A model generated the notes under the pieces. It did not search any database and was not told the DNA's origin. It was given only the letters and a program-made list of their open reading frames with translations. The position numbers were made by a program, and so were the translations under genes. From Isosphaeraceae bacterium (GTDB lineage: Bacteria; Planctomycetota; Planctomycetia; Isosphaerales; Isosphaeraceae), in assembly GCA_965277595.1 (NCBI GenBank), contig CBDIDH010000002.1:2893737-2957736 (forward strand): a stretch of 64,000 bases of DNA, read 5' to 3'. This document shows, in pieces, positions 28,601 through 37,330 of this stretch (positions within the stretch are counted from its first letter, which is position 1; each line of letters begins with the position of its first letter).

Positions 28601-29135
28601 CGAGCTGTCGTGGCTGGCGTTTTTGCCTCGCGATTATGTGCCCGGGCCTCGGGTCAAGATCGAGCTTTATCGGCGCCTTGGTCGGACCCGCAGCCTCGAA
28701 CGGCTTGCCGACTTCCGTCAGGAATTGATCGATCGCTTCGGCCCGTTGCCTCCTCAGGCCGAGCACCTCATGACCGAGGCCGAGCTACGCATTCTCGCCG
28801 AGCGCTGGGGTTTGGAACGAATCCACGTCGAGGACGAGTACGCCGTCCTGACGTATCGAAGCGCCCGGCGGATCGAGAAGCTTGCCCGGCTTCGACCGGG
28901 TCAGATTCGCGTCGTCGACGAGAAATCCGTTTACGTCCCACTTGAGGATAAGAGGCCGCACGGCTCGATCGTCGCGCCGATCCTTCAAGCTCTCTTGAGC
29001 GCCAACGAATCAATCCCCCCGCCTCCGAGGCCCGAACCGGTCAAGGTGGAACCCCCGCCGCGACCCCTGGAGAAACCGGCGAAAACCATGAGCCTCCGCG
29101 ACCGAGTACGAACGCGGAAAGCGAATGACGTCTGA
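25683..29135 (+). CDS. mfd: transcription-repair coupling factor Mfd
   Basis: UvrB-homology N-terminus, CarD-like domain (GDLVVHVSHGIARY), SF2 helicase motifs (GDVGYGKTE, DEEQRFGV, QLRGRVGR) and TRG/D7 C-terminus. 1150 aa. Confidence 0.96.
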   Translation: MNDAPDAVGGYSTQSSPSTRMPDRSPPKMAPVQGLKDLTRLVQGAPGFPEVLAALKNGRSATIDGAWGSAGPLAAAGLALHAPSTLVIVMAHVGDVDDFRDDLATFSALNPEVFPAWDRSPRETAAAGSAGDEVFGRRLRIVKRLAGTLAPRVVVTTLQALMQPVPTPEALALASRTIRVGDLSPIEDLTAWLSDRGLSRAEVVEVGGEFSLRGGILDIYPPDASEPVRIEFFGDEVESIRPFDAETQRSLERWDSVTITSLPTLDDPSALGHAADAFPGSTWVVLLEPTDLRDEGRQYLARVADPRGLFTVENTLARLIKFPSTTLSTLAATSMETTCHLRIESVERFSGDLNRVKAELDGASAGDRVLIACHNQGEVDRLGEVFRDTVVAREGRLQLTLGRLRAGFHMTDAGTLVISDHELFARPEVRRPVTRRRYESRAIDSFLDLNEGDLVVHVSHGIARYRGLQLVERTQEHSEETLLLEFAEGTKMYVPIAKIDLVQKYVGGGRGDPPLSKLGSSSWEKRKSRVAEAVVDLAAELIDIQAARASQPGIAYPAEDGHWMTEFEAAFPYQETPDQLTAIEAVKLDMAKPRPMDRLICGDVGYGKTEIAMRAAFKAVDAGKQVAVLVPTTILAEQHHRSFSARMAEFPFSIEVVNRFRPRSEIKDVLKRAAAGSVDVLIGTHRIVQKDVNFKELGLVVIDEEQRFGVEDKEWLKSLRATVDVLTLSATPIPRTLHMSLLGIRDISNLETPPPDRKAIETRILRYDAETIKRAVHRELNRDGQVYFVHNRVHDIHQVKDKLQAIVPEARITVAHGQMGGEALEKAMVSFLKREFDILVATTIIESGLDIPNVNTIFINEADKYGLADLHQLRGRVGRYKHRAYAYLLLESDRPVTPNAVKRLKAIEEFTELGAGFKIALRDLEIRGAGNILGPEQSGHIESVGYELYCSLLESAVRTLTRQPEKPRFDCSIELSWLAFLPRDYVPGPRVKIELYRRLGRTRSLERLADFRQELIDRFGPLPPQAEHLMTEAELRILAERWGLERIHVEDEYAVLTYRSARRIEKLARLRPGQIRVVDEKSVYVPLEDKRPHGSIVAPILQALLSANESIPPPPRPEPVKVEPPPRPLEKPAKTMSLRDRVRTRKANDV

Positions 29136-29205
29136 TCGCGGTTGGCATGCCCGAGTTCGCGAGGCTCGTCGACAAGTCGAAGACGATAGATCGGGGAAAA
29201 ATCCT

Positions 29206-30825
29206 TTAGTTCGTGTTCGGAATCAACGTGATCTTGTCCGGTGACGATGGGTAGGCATTTTGGTCGGTGACACCATTGTTATCATCATAAATGTGGAACC
29301 CGCCCGTCCCCACGGCATGGGTTGCCGACAGAGTCCCGTCGGCATTGACAAGGAACGCCATCGCGAAGTCGATACCACCGAGAGGATTCCCGGAGGAGTC
29401 TGTTGGACTGGTGATATCAAGCTCTGGTTGGTTCGGCGTGGTGTAAAACTGTCCGACAAAGGGCACATTGATGCCGCCAGGCCAGTTCGTGATGGTGAGC
29501 CCACCCGTCACGGAATAATATCCCGGAGAGATCAGGGTCGCTTGAATCCCCACCAGATAAATATTCTTTGGCTTCGAAGGCGTGGGGGTCAGCGAGATCG
29601 GATTTCCATTGCCGTCGGTGAGATCATCGACGAGGGTTCCCACATAGTCCGTGTAGAGACCGGGGGCGGAGGTCGGCGTGGCCGTGGGGGGCGGAGTGGA
29701 ACCTGGAGAGATGAGCGTGGGCGGTGGGGCGTTCGTTCCACCGACGTGGTACGCGAAGAGGTCATAATCGAGAGCGAGGCTGTCGTACTCGAACGCATAG
29801 ATCGGAAGGGTCGAGACGGGCGTTCCCGTGCCATAGGTGAGCAGGTAGGTTTCCGTGGAAACCGTTCCCTGAAACTGGATCTCCGGGGCGAGCGGGCTGG
29901 AGTCATACGTGCTGAAATCCTGGCCGTTGCCCGGGGCCAGGGTATAACTTGTCCACGGCGACGATTCGTTCCAGCGAAACTGGAAGGTAATGCTGTTCAA
30001 GGTGGTTTCGTTGTCGATCTGAACGTTTTGCAAAACCGGGGCCGCCTGGGTTGGTCCGGGAGCGAGCGTTCCCGTCTGGACGTAACCGGTGATTTGCCTG
30101 TCACCGTGCGAAGGGTCACCGAACTGGACGATGCGGACCCCGCCTGGCGCGTCGATGATCCACTGGCCCGTTGAAGGCCGGTAGACGGCAAGCTCGGTGT
30201 GGCCAACGCCGTCATAATCACCGGGCGCGGGAATGTCGCCTCTCGCCGGGTCGCCGAACTGGTAAACTTCCAGGCCACGGGGGCCGGCGATCAGCCATTG
30301 GTCGGTGGCGGGGCGGAAGACAGCGAGTTCCGTGGTCGCGGTCCCGTCGTAATTGCCCGGCACCGGGACGTCACCGTGCGCCGGGTCGCCGAACTGAACG
30401 ATATTCGACACGGGTTGATCAAGGATCCATTGATCCGTTCCAGGCCGGAAAACGGCAAACTCCTGGATGTTCGGGATGAGGTACGCGCCGGGCACCGGGA
30501 TGTCACCGTGGGCAGGGTCTCCGAACTGGGTGATAACCCCATTGTTTAAGATCCACTGGCCGGTGCCGGGGCGGTAGACGGCGAGTTGCATCGACTCGGT
30601 ACTATCAAACTGGTTATAAACGCCCGGGACGGGAATATCACCCGCGGCCGGGTCGCCAAATTGCTCGATGAGTGTGTTTTCTTTGGCGGTTTTAATGATC
30701 CACTGATCCGTGGCCGGGCGGAAGATCGCGAAGTCGGATGTTGTCGCGCTCATCAACCCGCGGGTTTCGAGGGGAATAACTGAGAATGGATAGGCACGAC
30801 TCGTCTTCGATTGCCGCCGACTCAT
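29206..30825 (-). CDS. FG-GAP/VCBS-like repeat protein (beta-propeller-like), probably exported
   Basis: Five to six tandem ~45-aa modules, FRPxTxQW(I/L)...QFGDPxxGD(I/V)PVPG(x)Y. C-terminal half unassigned. Confidence 0.55.
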   Translation of the reverse strand: MSRRQSKTSRAYPFSVIPLETRGLMSATTSDFAIFRPATDQWIIKTAKENTLIEQFGDPAAGDIPVPGVYNQFDSTESMQLAVYRPGTGQWILNNGVITQFGDPAHGDIPVPGAYLIPNIQEFAVFRPGTDQWILDQPVSNIVQFGDPAHGDVPVPGNYDGTATTELAVFRPATDQWLIAGPRGLEVYQFGDPARGDIPAPGDYDGVGHTELAVYRPSTGQWIIDAPGGVRIVQFGDPSHGDRQITGYVQTGTLAPGPTQAAPVLQNVQIDNETTLNSITFQFRWNESSPWTSYTLAPGNGQDFSTYDSSPLAPEIQFQGTVSTETYLLTYGTGTPVSTLPIYAFEYDSLALDYDLFAYHVGGTNAPPPTLISPGSTPPPTATPTSAPGLYTDYVGTLVDDLTDGNGNPISLTPTPSKPKNIYLVGIQATLISPGYYSVTGGLTITNWPGGINVPFVGQFYTTPNQPELDITSPTDSSGNPLGGIDFAMAFLVNADGTLSATHAVGTGGFHIYDDNNGVTDQNAYPSSPDKITLIPNTN

Positions 30826-31064
30826 TGAGTATTTTCCGCCTTGATATGTGCCGATTCGAAGGATCTTGTGCCTCGTATTTCCTCGTTCGTTAAAAACTTA
30901 CCAGGAGATGACGAATTCGACAATTTGCCAGTTTGTAAAACGACCTTTTCCATCCTCGGCATGCTCACTGTTTGAAGCCAACCGATGAAAAATGACGACA
31001 AGAATCGACGTTATCAGAAGGATATCGCGACTGTTTTTACCGAGTTCGAGCGAAAGAGGGATCG

Positions 31065-31532
31065 ATGAACTGGATCGCCTGTGCATTTCTCTCGGCACTC
31101 TTCGCGGGGTTAACGGCGCTTCTGGCGAAGATCGGGGTTCAGAATGTCCCGTCGAACCTGGCGACGCTCGTCAGGACGGTCGTCATTGTCGCCTTCGCGG
31201 GGGGAATCGTCGTCGCCCGAGGAGAGTTTGAGCAGGTCCGGGCGATCTCGGGGCGATCGTGGACGTTCCTGGTCCTTTCGGGAGTGGCCACGGGGCTCTC
31301 GTGGTTGTTTTACTTCGCGGCCTTGAAGATGGGACCGATCTCGGGCGTGGCGCCGATCGACAAGCTCAGCTTCGTGATCGCCATGACCCTGGGGTTCGTC
31401 GTCCTCCGCGAAGAGGTCCGACCGCTGACGCTTGTCGGCGCTGCCCTGATCGTCCTGGGCGTCTTGCTGACGATCCCGACGGTTCAGGAACGACTCGTCG
31501 GGCCGCCTGGAACCGTCAGTCCGCGGAAATGA
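31065..31532 (+). CDS. EamA/DMT-superfamily small membrane transporter
   Basis: 155 aa with about five hydrophobic helices. N-terminus MNWIACAFLSALFAGLTALLAKIG is typical of single-EamA-domain proteins. Confidence 0.7.
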   Translation: MNWIACAFLSALFAGLTALLAKIGVQNVPSNLATLVRTVVIVAFAGGIVVARGEFEQVRAISGRSWTFLVLSGVATGLSWLFYFAALKMGPISGVAPIDKLSFVIAMTLGFVVLREEVRPLTLVGAALIVLGVLLTIPTVQERLVGPPGTVSPRK

Positions 31533-31843
31533 CGGAGTGGACGGCCTTTCCGTGAAGGGGCATCATCGGGAGTGTTCAGCAGGATTCAAAAGACACGGAC
31601 CAGAGCCTCGGAATTTTTGCGGAAGACGCCTTGCGAGGTTTTCCGGTTATGGATAGCCTGCCGGGGCCTTGTCAGCACGTCACACGGCCAGATCCGGCGC
31701 CCCCTGCTTTCCGCACCTTCCGAGACGCCATTGAACGCGGCGTGAGTCGTACCGAGGCCCTCCAGGGATGGAACGCCTTTGATCGACACGCCCCGTTCGT
31801 GTTTCACGAAGAGACCTGTCTCCAAGGACGGAGAACGCCGAAA

Positions 31844-34800
31844 ATGAACCGCCACGTCGTCGCCGGAATGCTTGGTCTGGCCCTGGCGGGCTGCTCGCTC
31901 GACCGCTCGCTCTCTTCACGCACGAGACCGACCCTCGCGCCGGTCGAGCTAACGCCCCCACTCAAGACAATTCACGAGACGATTAACCAGGAAAATCCAG
32001 GCGTCGATACCGACATGGTACGCGCCGGACACCCCGTCGCCGCGACAAGCCCGATGCTCGCCAGCGCCACCGTTCCGACCCCGACAGCCCCGCGCCAGCC
32101 TGTCGCGACGGTTCAGGAACCGACGCTCGCGATTCCCCCACAAACGCCCGCGCCCGTGACCGAAGCCCCCGAGCCGAATTCCGTGACGGTCCAGACGCCT
32201 CCCCGCCCGGCACCTGCCCCGGAATCGACACCGACACCTGAACCCGCACCGGCACCGCCGACGGATGCCACGCCGCGACCCCAACTCGCCACGGTCAACG
32301 GAACTCCAACAGGCCGGGAACGCCCCGCGCCGTTTGCTCGGCTCTTTGGTCGGGCCAGACCGCGCGCCAGGGCGACTGCACCGGCCCAGGTCGTGGCGAC
32401 CTCGCCCGCGGAAACCGCGACAGCCGTGGCGGTGGCCACCCCTTCCGCCGATGCGGCGGTCGAAGTCAAGACCGAGGTCAAGCCCGACGCGCCGAAGTTT
32501 GACCGCCCCGCGCCCGATCCCGAGATGACCGCGCCGATCGAGGCCGATCCACCCGCACAGGTTCAGACCGAAAGTCCGGCCCCCGCTGTTCCTGAATCGA
32601 CCCCCGCGCCGGTCGTCTCCGTCCCTCCGGCGCAAGGCAATCCGCTCCTGGAACCCCCGCCGGTTGCCTCGGCGTCCGCCCCGCCGCAAGCGGCGCCGGT
32701 CGTTTCAGCACCGGCACCGGTACCGGCACCGGTTTCTGTTTCGGCTCCTGCTCCTGCTCCGGCTCCTGCTCCGGCTCCCGTGCTTGTGAATCCGCCTGAG
32801 GCGCGGGGGGCGGCCCCGGTGGTCGTCGACTTGCCTTCGGTTGAGTCGGCGACACCGAAGGGGGTCAGTCGAGACCCGCTCCTCGGCGCCAACCCGGACA
32901 TCATGCCCGACCTCAATCTCGGATCGACGCCCAAACCACCTGTCAACGACGCGGCGGTCGCGCCCGCTCAGGCCCCGGCCGCCTTGCCTGTCCCGGACCC
33001 GGTTCCGGCTCCGGCCCCGGTTCCAGCGCCGGAGCCTCTCGCCGCGGAGCCGACACAAACACCGGCCCCGGCCCCGGCCAAGGTGCTCGCGGCGAAGACG
33101 GATGAGGCCGCGCTTCCCGGACCCGTCGAGAGTCCGGCCGAGTCAGCCGCGTCGGCCGCTCCGCCCGTGATCCACCTCGCGCCGCCGACCGATCTGGAAT
33201 CGTCACCGGCCCAGACCGAACCGGCTCCGACTCCGTCTCCGGCCGCTCCCGGGTCGACCTCGGCCGACCCCTTGCTCGGGCCGAACCCCGAAGTCATGCC
33301 CAGCATCGAGACGCCGCCGGTTCGCAAGCCGGCCGCGGAGACTCCGCCCGTCTCGGCGCCCGCGACCTTGGAAAAGTCCACCTCGGCCGACCCTTTGCTC
33401 GGGCCGAACCCCGAAGTCATGCCCAGCATCGAGACGCCGCCGGTTCGCAAGCCGGCCGCGGCAACGCCGGGTGTTTCCCTGCCGACCGACCCGGCCGCGA
33501 CCCCCGCGAAGGTTGAACTTCCCGCCGCGGAAGCGTCGAAGGACGCACCCTCGGCGTCTCTTGAAAGCCAGGGCGCGGCGATGACTCCCACGCCGATTCC
33601 ATCGCTCTCGCCCTCCGTGCCGACCGCGGGCGAGACGCCGACACCGATCCCGCCTGCCTCGGCCCCAAAGCCCGCGCCTCCCGCTCCGGCGAGCGACCCG
33701 ACACCCAAAACCAACGAACCCAAAACCACGACACGCGACCCGTTGCTTGGTGCCGACCCGGACATCATGCCGACGATCACCCCTCCGCCCGCCAAGAAAG
33801 CGGAAACGATCGCCGAGCCGGTGGAATTACCGCCGCTCTCGCAACCCGGAGCCTCGAACACCGTCGCGCCCGAGCGGGCCTCAGGCTTTGCCTCCATGCC
33901 CGTCTCGGCACCCGGCGGACGTGACACCAACACCAACACGAACGATGCCCAGACGGTTCGCCCCCCTTTGAAAATGCCCGACGAGCCGACCGCCGTGCGA
34001 TCGAAAGCGGCGACTCGAACGGTCTTCGTGCTCGGGCAGCCGGTCGCCTGGGTCGGCGATGAGATCATCACCTTGCATGAACTTCGAGTTGTCTTTCGCC
34101 AGCGATGCAAGGGAATGGCGCTCAATCAACTTTCGGAAGACGACCTTTACCGGGCAAAAAAGACGATCTTGAATGACATGATCGACCGCGCCATGGTTCT
34201 TCAGGAAGCCAAGCGCGAGTTGAAAGATCCCAAGAAATTCCAGAAGTTCATGGAGGTCGCCGACCTTCAATTTTACGAAGAGGAAGTTCCGACCCTGATC
34301 CGGCAGGCCGGGGTTGCCAACATCCACGAGTTGAAAAAGAAAATGACGGATCGTGGCGAGTCGCTCGATGAGATCCGCGAACAATTCCGCCTTGAGTTCC
34401 TCTCGCGGGGCTACATGGAGCAAAAGCTCGGCCCGAAAATGAAGGTAGACCTGCTTGAGATGCGGGATTACTACAAGGCTCACCTGCGCGACTTCGACCA
34501 GCCCCCCCAGGTCACCTGGCGCGAGGTGCTGGTCGAGGTCGACCGCTGCAAGAGCCAGGCCGAGGCCCGAGCGAAGGCCGATGCTCTGCTGGCCCGACTC
34601 CGACACGGTGAAGACTTCGCCAAGCTCGCGTCGACCGAGAGCCACGGCCCGAACCGATCGGCCGGAGGACTCTGGAAGACCTCGCCGGGAAGTTACAGCG
34701 TCCCCGCCGTGAACTCGGCGCTGGAGACCCTGCCGATTGGCCAGATCAGCCCGGTGATTGAAGGCCCGACGAGTTATCACATCCTCATCGTCGAGGCCCG

Positions 34801-34990
34801 CCGCGCGGCTGGACCCGCCACGTTTGCCGAGGTCCAGGACAAGTGCTCGAACGCGATCCGCCGCAAGAAGATCAACCGCGAGACAACCGCGTTCATGGAC
34901 AAGCTTCGAAGCCATACCGTTGTCCGCACGGTCTTCGACGATCCCGACGTCACTCGAACCTCGGCCGAATCGGTCAGCCCCCGCCGTTGA
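31844..34990 (+). CDS. lipoprotein peptidyl-prolyl isomerase (SurA/PpiC-like) with ~750-aa Pro/Ala-rich spacer
   Basis: ATG at 31844. Lipobox LALAGC. The C-terminal region has a SurA-like chaperone segment and a PpiC rotamase (FAKLASTESHG...GGLW...GQISPVIEGPTSYHILIV). Confidence 0.75.
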   Translation: MNRHVVAGMLGLALAGCSLDRSLSSRTRPTLAPVELTPPLKTIHETINQENPGVDTDMVRAGHPVAATSPMLASATVPTPTAPRQPVATVQEPTLAIPPQTPAPVTEAPEPNSVTVQTPPRPAPAPESTPTPEPAPAPPTDATPRPQLATVNGTPTGRERPAPFARLFGRARPRARATAPAQVVATSPAETATAVAVATPSADAAVEVKTEVKPDAPKFDRPAPDPEMTAPIEADPPAQVQTESPAPAVPESTPAPVVSVPPAQGNPLLEPPPVASASAPPQAAPVVSAPAPVPAPVSVSAPAPAPAPAPAPVLVNPPEARGAAPVVVDLPSVESATPKGVSRDPLLGANPDIMPDLNLGSTPKPPVNDAAVAPAQAPAALPVPDPVPAPAPVPAPEPLAAEPTQTPAPAPAKVLAAKTDEAALPGPVESPAESAASAAPPVIHLAPPTDLESSPAQTEPAPTPSPAAPGSTSADPLLGPNPEVMPSIETPPVRKPAAETPPVSAPATLEKSTSADPLLGPNPEVMPSIETPPVRKPAAATPGVSLPTDPAATPAKVELPAAEASKDAPSASLESQGAAMTPTPIPSLSPSVPTAGETPTPIPPASAPKPAPPAPASDPTPKTNEPKTTTRDPLLGADPDIMPTITPPPAKKAETIAEPVELPPLSQPGASNTVAPERASGFASMPVSAPGGRDTNTNTNDAQTVRPPLKMPDEPTAVRSKAATRTVFVLGQPVAWVGDEIITLHELRVVFRQRCKGMALNQLSEDDLYRAKKTILNDMIDRAMVLQEAKRELKDPKKFQKFMEVADLQFYEEEVPTLIRQAGVANIHELKKKMTDRGESLDEIREQFRLEFLSRGYMEQKLGPKMKVDLLEMRDYYKAHLRDFDQPPQVTWREVLVEVDRCKSQAEARAKADALLARLRHGEDFAKLASTESHGPNRSAGGLWKTSPGSYSVPAVNSALETLPIGQISPVIEGPTSYHILIVEARRAAGPATFAEVQDKCSNAIRRKKINRETTAFMDKLRSHTVVRTVFDDPDVTRTSAESVSPRR
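33257..33475 (+). repeat. near-identical 123-bp in-frame tandem duplication
   Basis: ACCTCGGCCGACCC(C/T)TTGCTCGGGCCGAACCCCGAAGTCATGCCCAGCATCGAGACGCCGCCGGTTCGCAAGCCGGCCGCGG occurs at 33257 and again at 33380. It encodes TSADPLLGPNPEVMPSIETPPVRKPAA twice. Confidence 0.9.
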
Positions 34991-37133
34991 TCGAACAAGG
35001 TGTTTGTGATCGTTCGAGCCGATCGGCTTCGCGGTTGTCGGCCTCGGCATTCGTTGAATCGTGTCGGATGGCATGCGCCTGGGCGCGTCGGCGAAACGCC
35101 GCGGCATCGCGCGGATCAATGCGAATGGCCTCGGAATAATCGGCGATCGCCCTGGCGTGGTTGCCCGCCTTGAGGTAGGCGTCGCCTCGGGCGAGAAAGT
35201 CCGCGCCGGAGATCGGTCGGAAGGCGGGATCTTGCACGGCGTTCGGATCAAGGGCCAGGGCTTGTCGAAAATCGGCGTTGGCCGAGGCGATGTCGCCCAG
35301 CTTGACCAGGAGTTCCGCTCGGCAGACGTACGGTTCCGACCAGCCCGGCGCGAGGCGAATGGCGGCGCCAAAGTCCTGAATTGCCCGACGATTCTGACCG
35401 TTTCGGGCCAGGACCCAGCCCCGGCATTTGTAGGATCGGACGAGGCTCGGGTCGAGGGCGATCGCGCGGTCAAAGTCCGCCAGCGCGAAAGGGTCCTGGA
35501 CGCGCTGGAGGTACGCCTCGCCTCGCATGTTGTAGGCCCAGGCGTGCCCGGGAGCGAGCCGGATCACCTCGGTATACATGTCGATCGCCGCATCGAGATG
35601 ATTTTGCGAAAGCTGTTCCCAGGCCGAGCGCATCCGGGCCTCGATCGCCTCGGGGCTTATCGCCCAGCGCACCGGAACGAACGTCCGATCCCCGGGGCGA
35701 ACGTACGCGTCCTGGTCGTACAGGACCTCCGCGCCTCGCTTGACCTGAACTCGATGGCGGCCGCCGCCGAGGTTGACCCGACCCGTCCGCCGCGAATCGA
35801 TCTGGATCGACTCTCTATCGACTCGGAGTTCGACTCCCATCTCAAGAACCTCGACGACGATCGTCCCTGGTCTCGTCGCCAGTCGAACGGCGAAGACGCC
35901 CGCCAGAACCGCGAGCAAGAAAATCAGGGCCAGAAGCCGACGCCGATTCAACCAGCCATTGCGTTTAACGGACCGGCTGCCGCCGATCGTGCTGGACGGG
36001 GCCGTCCAGGTCTCGCTCCCTCGCGCCTGGGACGAAACAGGGTTCGCGATCGCCGTCCCGAAGTCGGAGGGAGGGAGGTCCGGTAGCCGCGTCCAGTCGG
36101 AAAGATCGGCTATCGACGCGAAGGCTTCGGCCGCGCGGAAGGGGGCAAGGGCCTCGGCCACGGCGGCGGCGGTGGGAAAACGGTCTTCCGGGCGTTTCGC
36201 CATCAACCGGCGGACGACCGAACCCAGGCCCCGAGGGATGCCCGGCCGGAGCGCCTCGACGGGCGCGGGGTCGATCTCGCGGTGCTTGACCAGTTTTTCC
36301 AGAGGCGTGCCACCGGGAAAGGGGGGACTTCCGACCAGGAGGAAGTAGAGCGTGCAGCCGAGACCGTACAGATCCGACCGCGCGTCGGCCTGGCGGATGT
36401 CCATCGCCTGCTCGGGCGCGAGGTAGTCGGGCGTCCCCAGAACGGAGCCGATTTGTGTCAACTCGTCGGCAACACCTTGAGGCGCAAAGGCGAGGCCAAA
36501 GTCGAGAACCTTGACGACCCCGTCCTCGTCGGCCCTGAGAAGGTTAGACGGCTTGATGTCGCGGTGGATCAGACCTCGATCGTGGGCATGCGCCAGGCCC
36601 AGAGCGGCCTGTCTGGCCACCTCGGCGGCGGCGGCCGAGGAGAGCGGACCGCGATCGCGTACCAGACGCGCCAGGTCAAGCCCGACCACGTACTCCATGA
36701 CAAAGTAGTGGACCCCCTCGGCCTCTCCCGCGTCAAAGGCGGTGACGATGTGAGGGTCGGAGAGTCGACCGGCCAGCTCGACCTCGCGATAAAAGCGGCC
36801 GACGGCGTCGGGGCGCGACAGCCATTCGTGTCGGATGATCTTCAGGGCGACCAGCCGCTTCATCCGGCGATGACGAGCCTTGAAGACCGTTCCCATCCCG
36901 CCCTCGCCCAGAGGCTCAAGCAAGACGTACGCGCCCAGCCAGAGCCCCGACCGATCGCCCTGTAAAAGCCGGTCGATCTGGTAGCGCGTCAGCCAGGCGC
37001 GACCGACAAGCTCCTCGGCCAGGAACGTCGGATCGTCGTCCGAGGCGTGGGCGGAATCTCGAACCTGGGCGATCTGATCGTCTGTCAGCAAGTCGGCGGC
37101 GGCAAGGGCGTCAATGAGGTCGCGACTGGTCAT
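34974..37133 (-). CDS. serine/threonine protein kinase with TM segment and C-terminal TPR repeats
   Basis: Hanks kinase motifs (GEGGMGTVFKA, HRDIKPSNLL, DFGLA, GTPDYLAPE), a hydrophobic segment (LLALIFLLAVLAGVFAV), then TPR-like repeats. ATG at 37133 preferred over the TTG at 37157. Confidence 0.9.
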   Translation of the reverse strand: MTSRDLIDALAAADLLTDDQIAQVRDSAHASDDDPTFLAEELVGRAWLTRYQIDRLLQGDRSGLWLGAYVLLEPLGEGGMGTVFKARHRRMKRLVALKIIRHEWLSRPDAVGRFYREVELAGRLSDPHIVTAFDAGEAEGVHYFVMEYVVGLDLARLVRDRGPLSSAAAAEVARQAALGLAHAHDRGLIHRDIKPSNLLRADEDGVVKVLDFGLAFAPQGVADELTQIGSVLGTPDYLAPEQAMDIRQADARSDLYGLGCTLYFLLVGSPPFPGGTPLEKLVKHREIDPAPVEALRPGIPRGLGSVVRRLMAKRPEDRFPTAAAVAEALAPFRAAEAFASIADLSDWTRLPDLPPSDFGTAIANPVSSQARGSETWTAPSSTIGGSRSVKRNGWLNRRRLLALIFLLAVLAGVFAVRLATRPGTIVVEVLEMGVELRVDRESIQIDSRRTGRVNLGGGRHRVQVKRGAEVLYDQDAYVRPGDRTFVPVRWAISPEAIEARMRSAWEQLSQNHLDAAIDMYTEVIRLAPGHAWAYNMRGEAYLQRVQDPFALADFDRAIALDPSLVRSYKCRGWVLARNGQNRRAIQDFGAAIRLAPGWSEPYVCRAELLVKLGDIASANADFRQALALDPNAVQDPAFRPISGADFLARGDAYLKAGNHARAIADYSEAIRIDPRDAAAFRRRAQAHAIRHDSTNAEADNREADRLERSQTPCSINGGG

Positions 37134-37330
37134 TGTCAAGAACGTCCCCGGCGGCAAAGGGGGGTTAAGTTGCTTGATCGGGGTTTCGAAACACGTTCTC
37201 CCCGAATTATCATGCCACCGCAGACGTTGATTTCACGAATTTTCAACCGAAGTCACGAGAAACGGCGTGTCAAGGTGAGCAAGTCCGGTCCTTCGCGTTT
37301 GGCCCGGACCTGCTCGATGAATTGGGCGAA

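Noticed and set aside
31949-35473. Long minus-strand ORFs (31949..32689, 32968..34125, 33881..35473) and several plus-strand alternates
   Set aside because: These are antisense shadows of the Pro/Ala-rich PPIase gene and, in a different frame, of the kinase gene. They are Arg/Gly-rich with no domains, typical of high-GC open frames.
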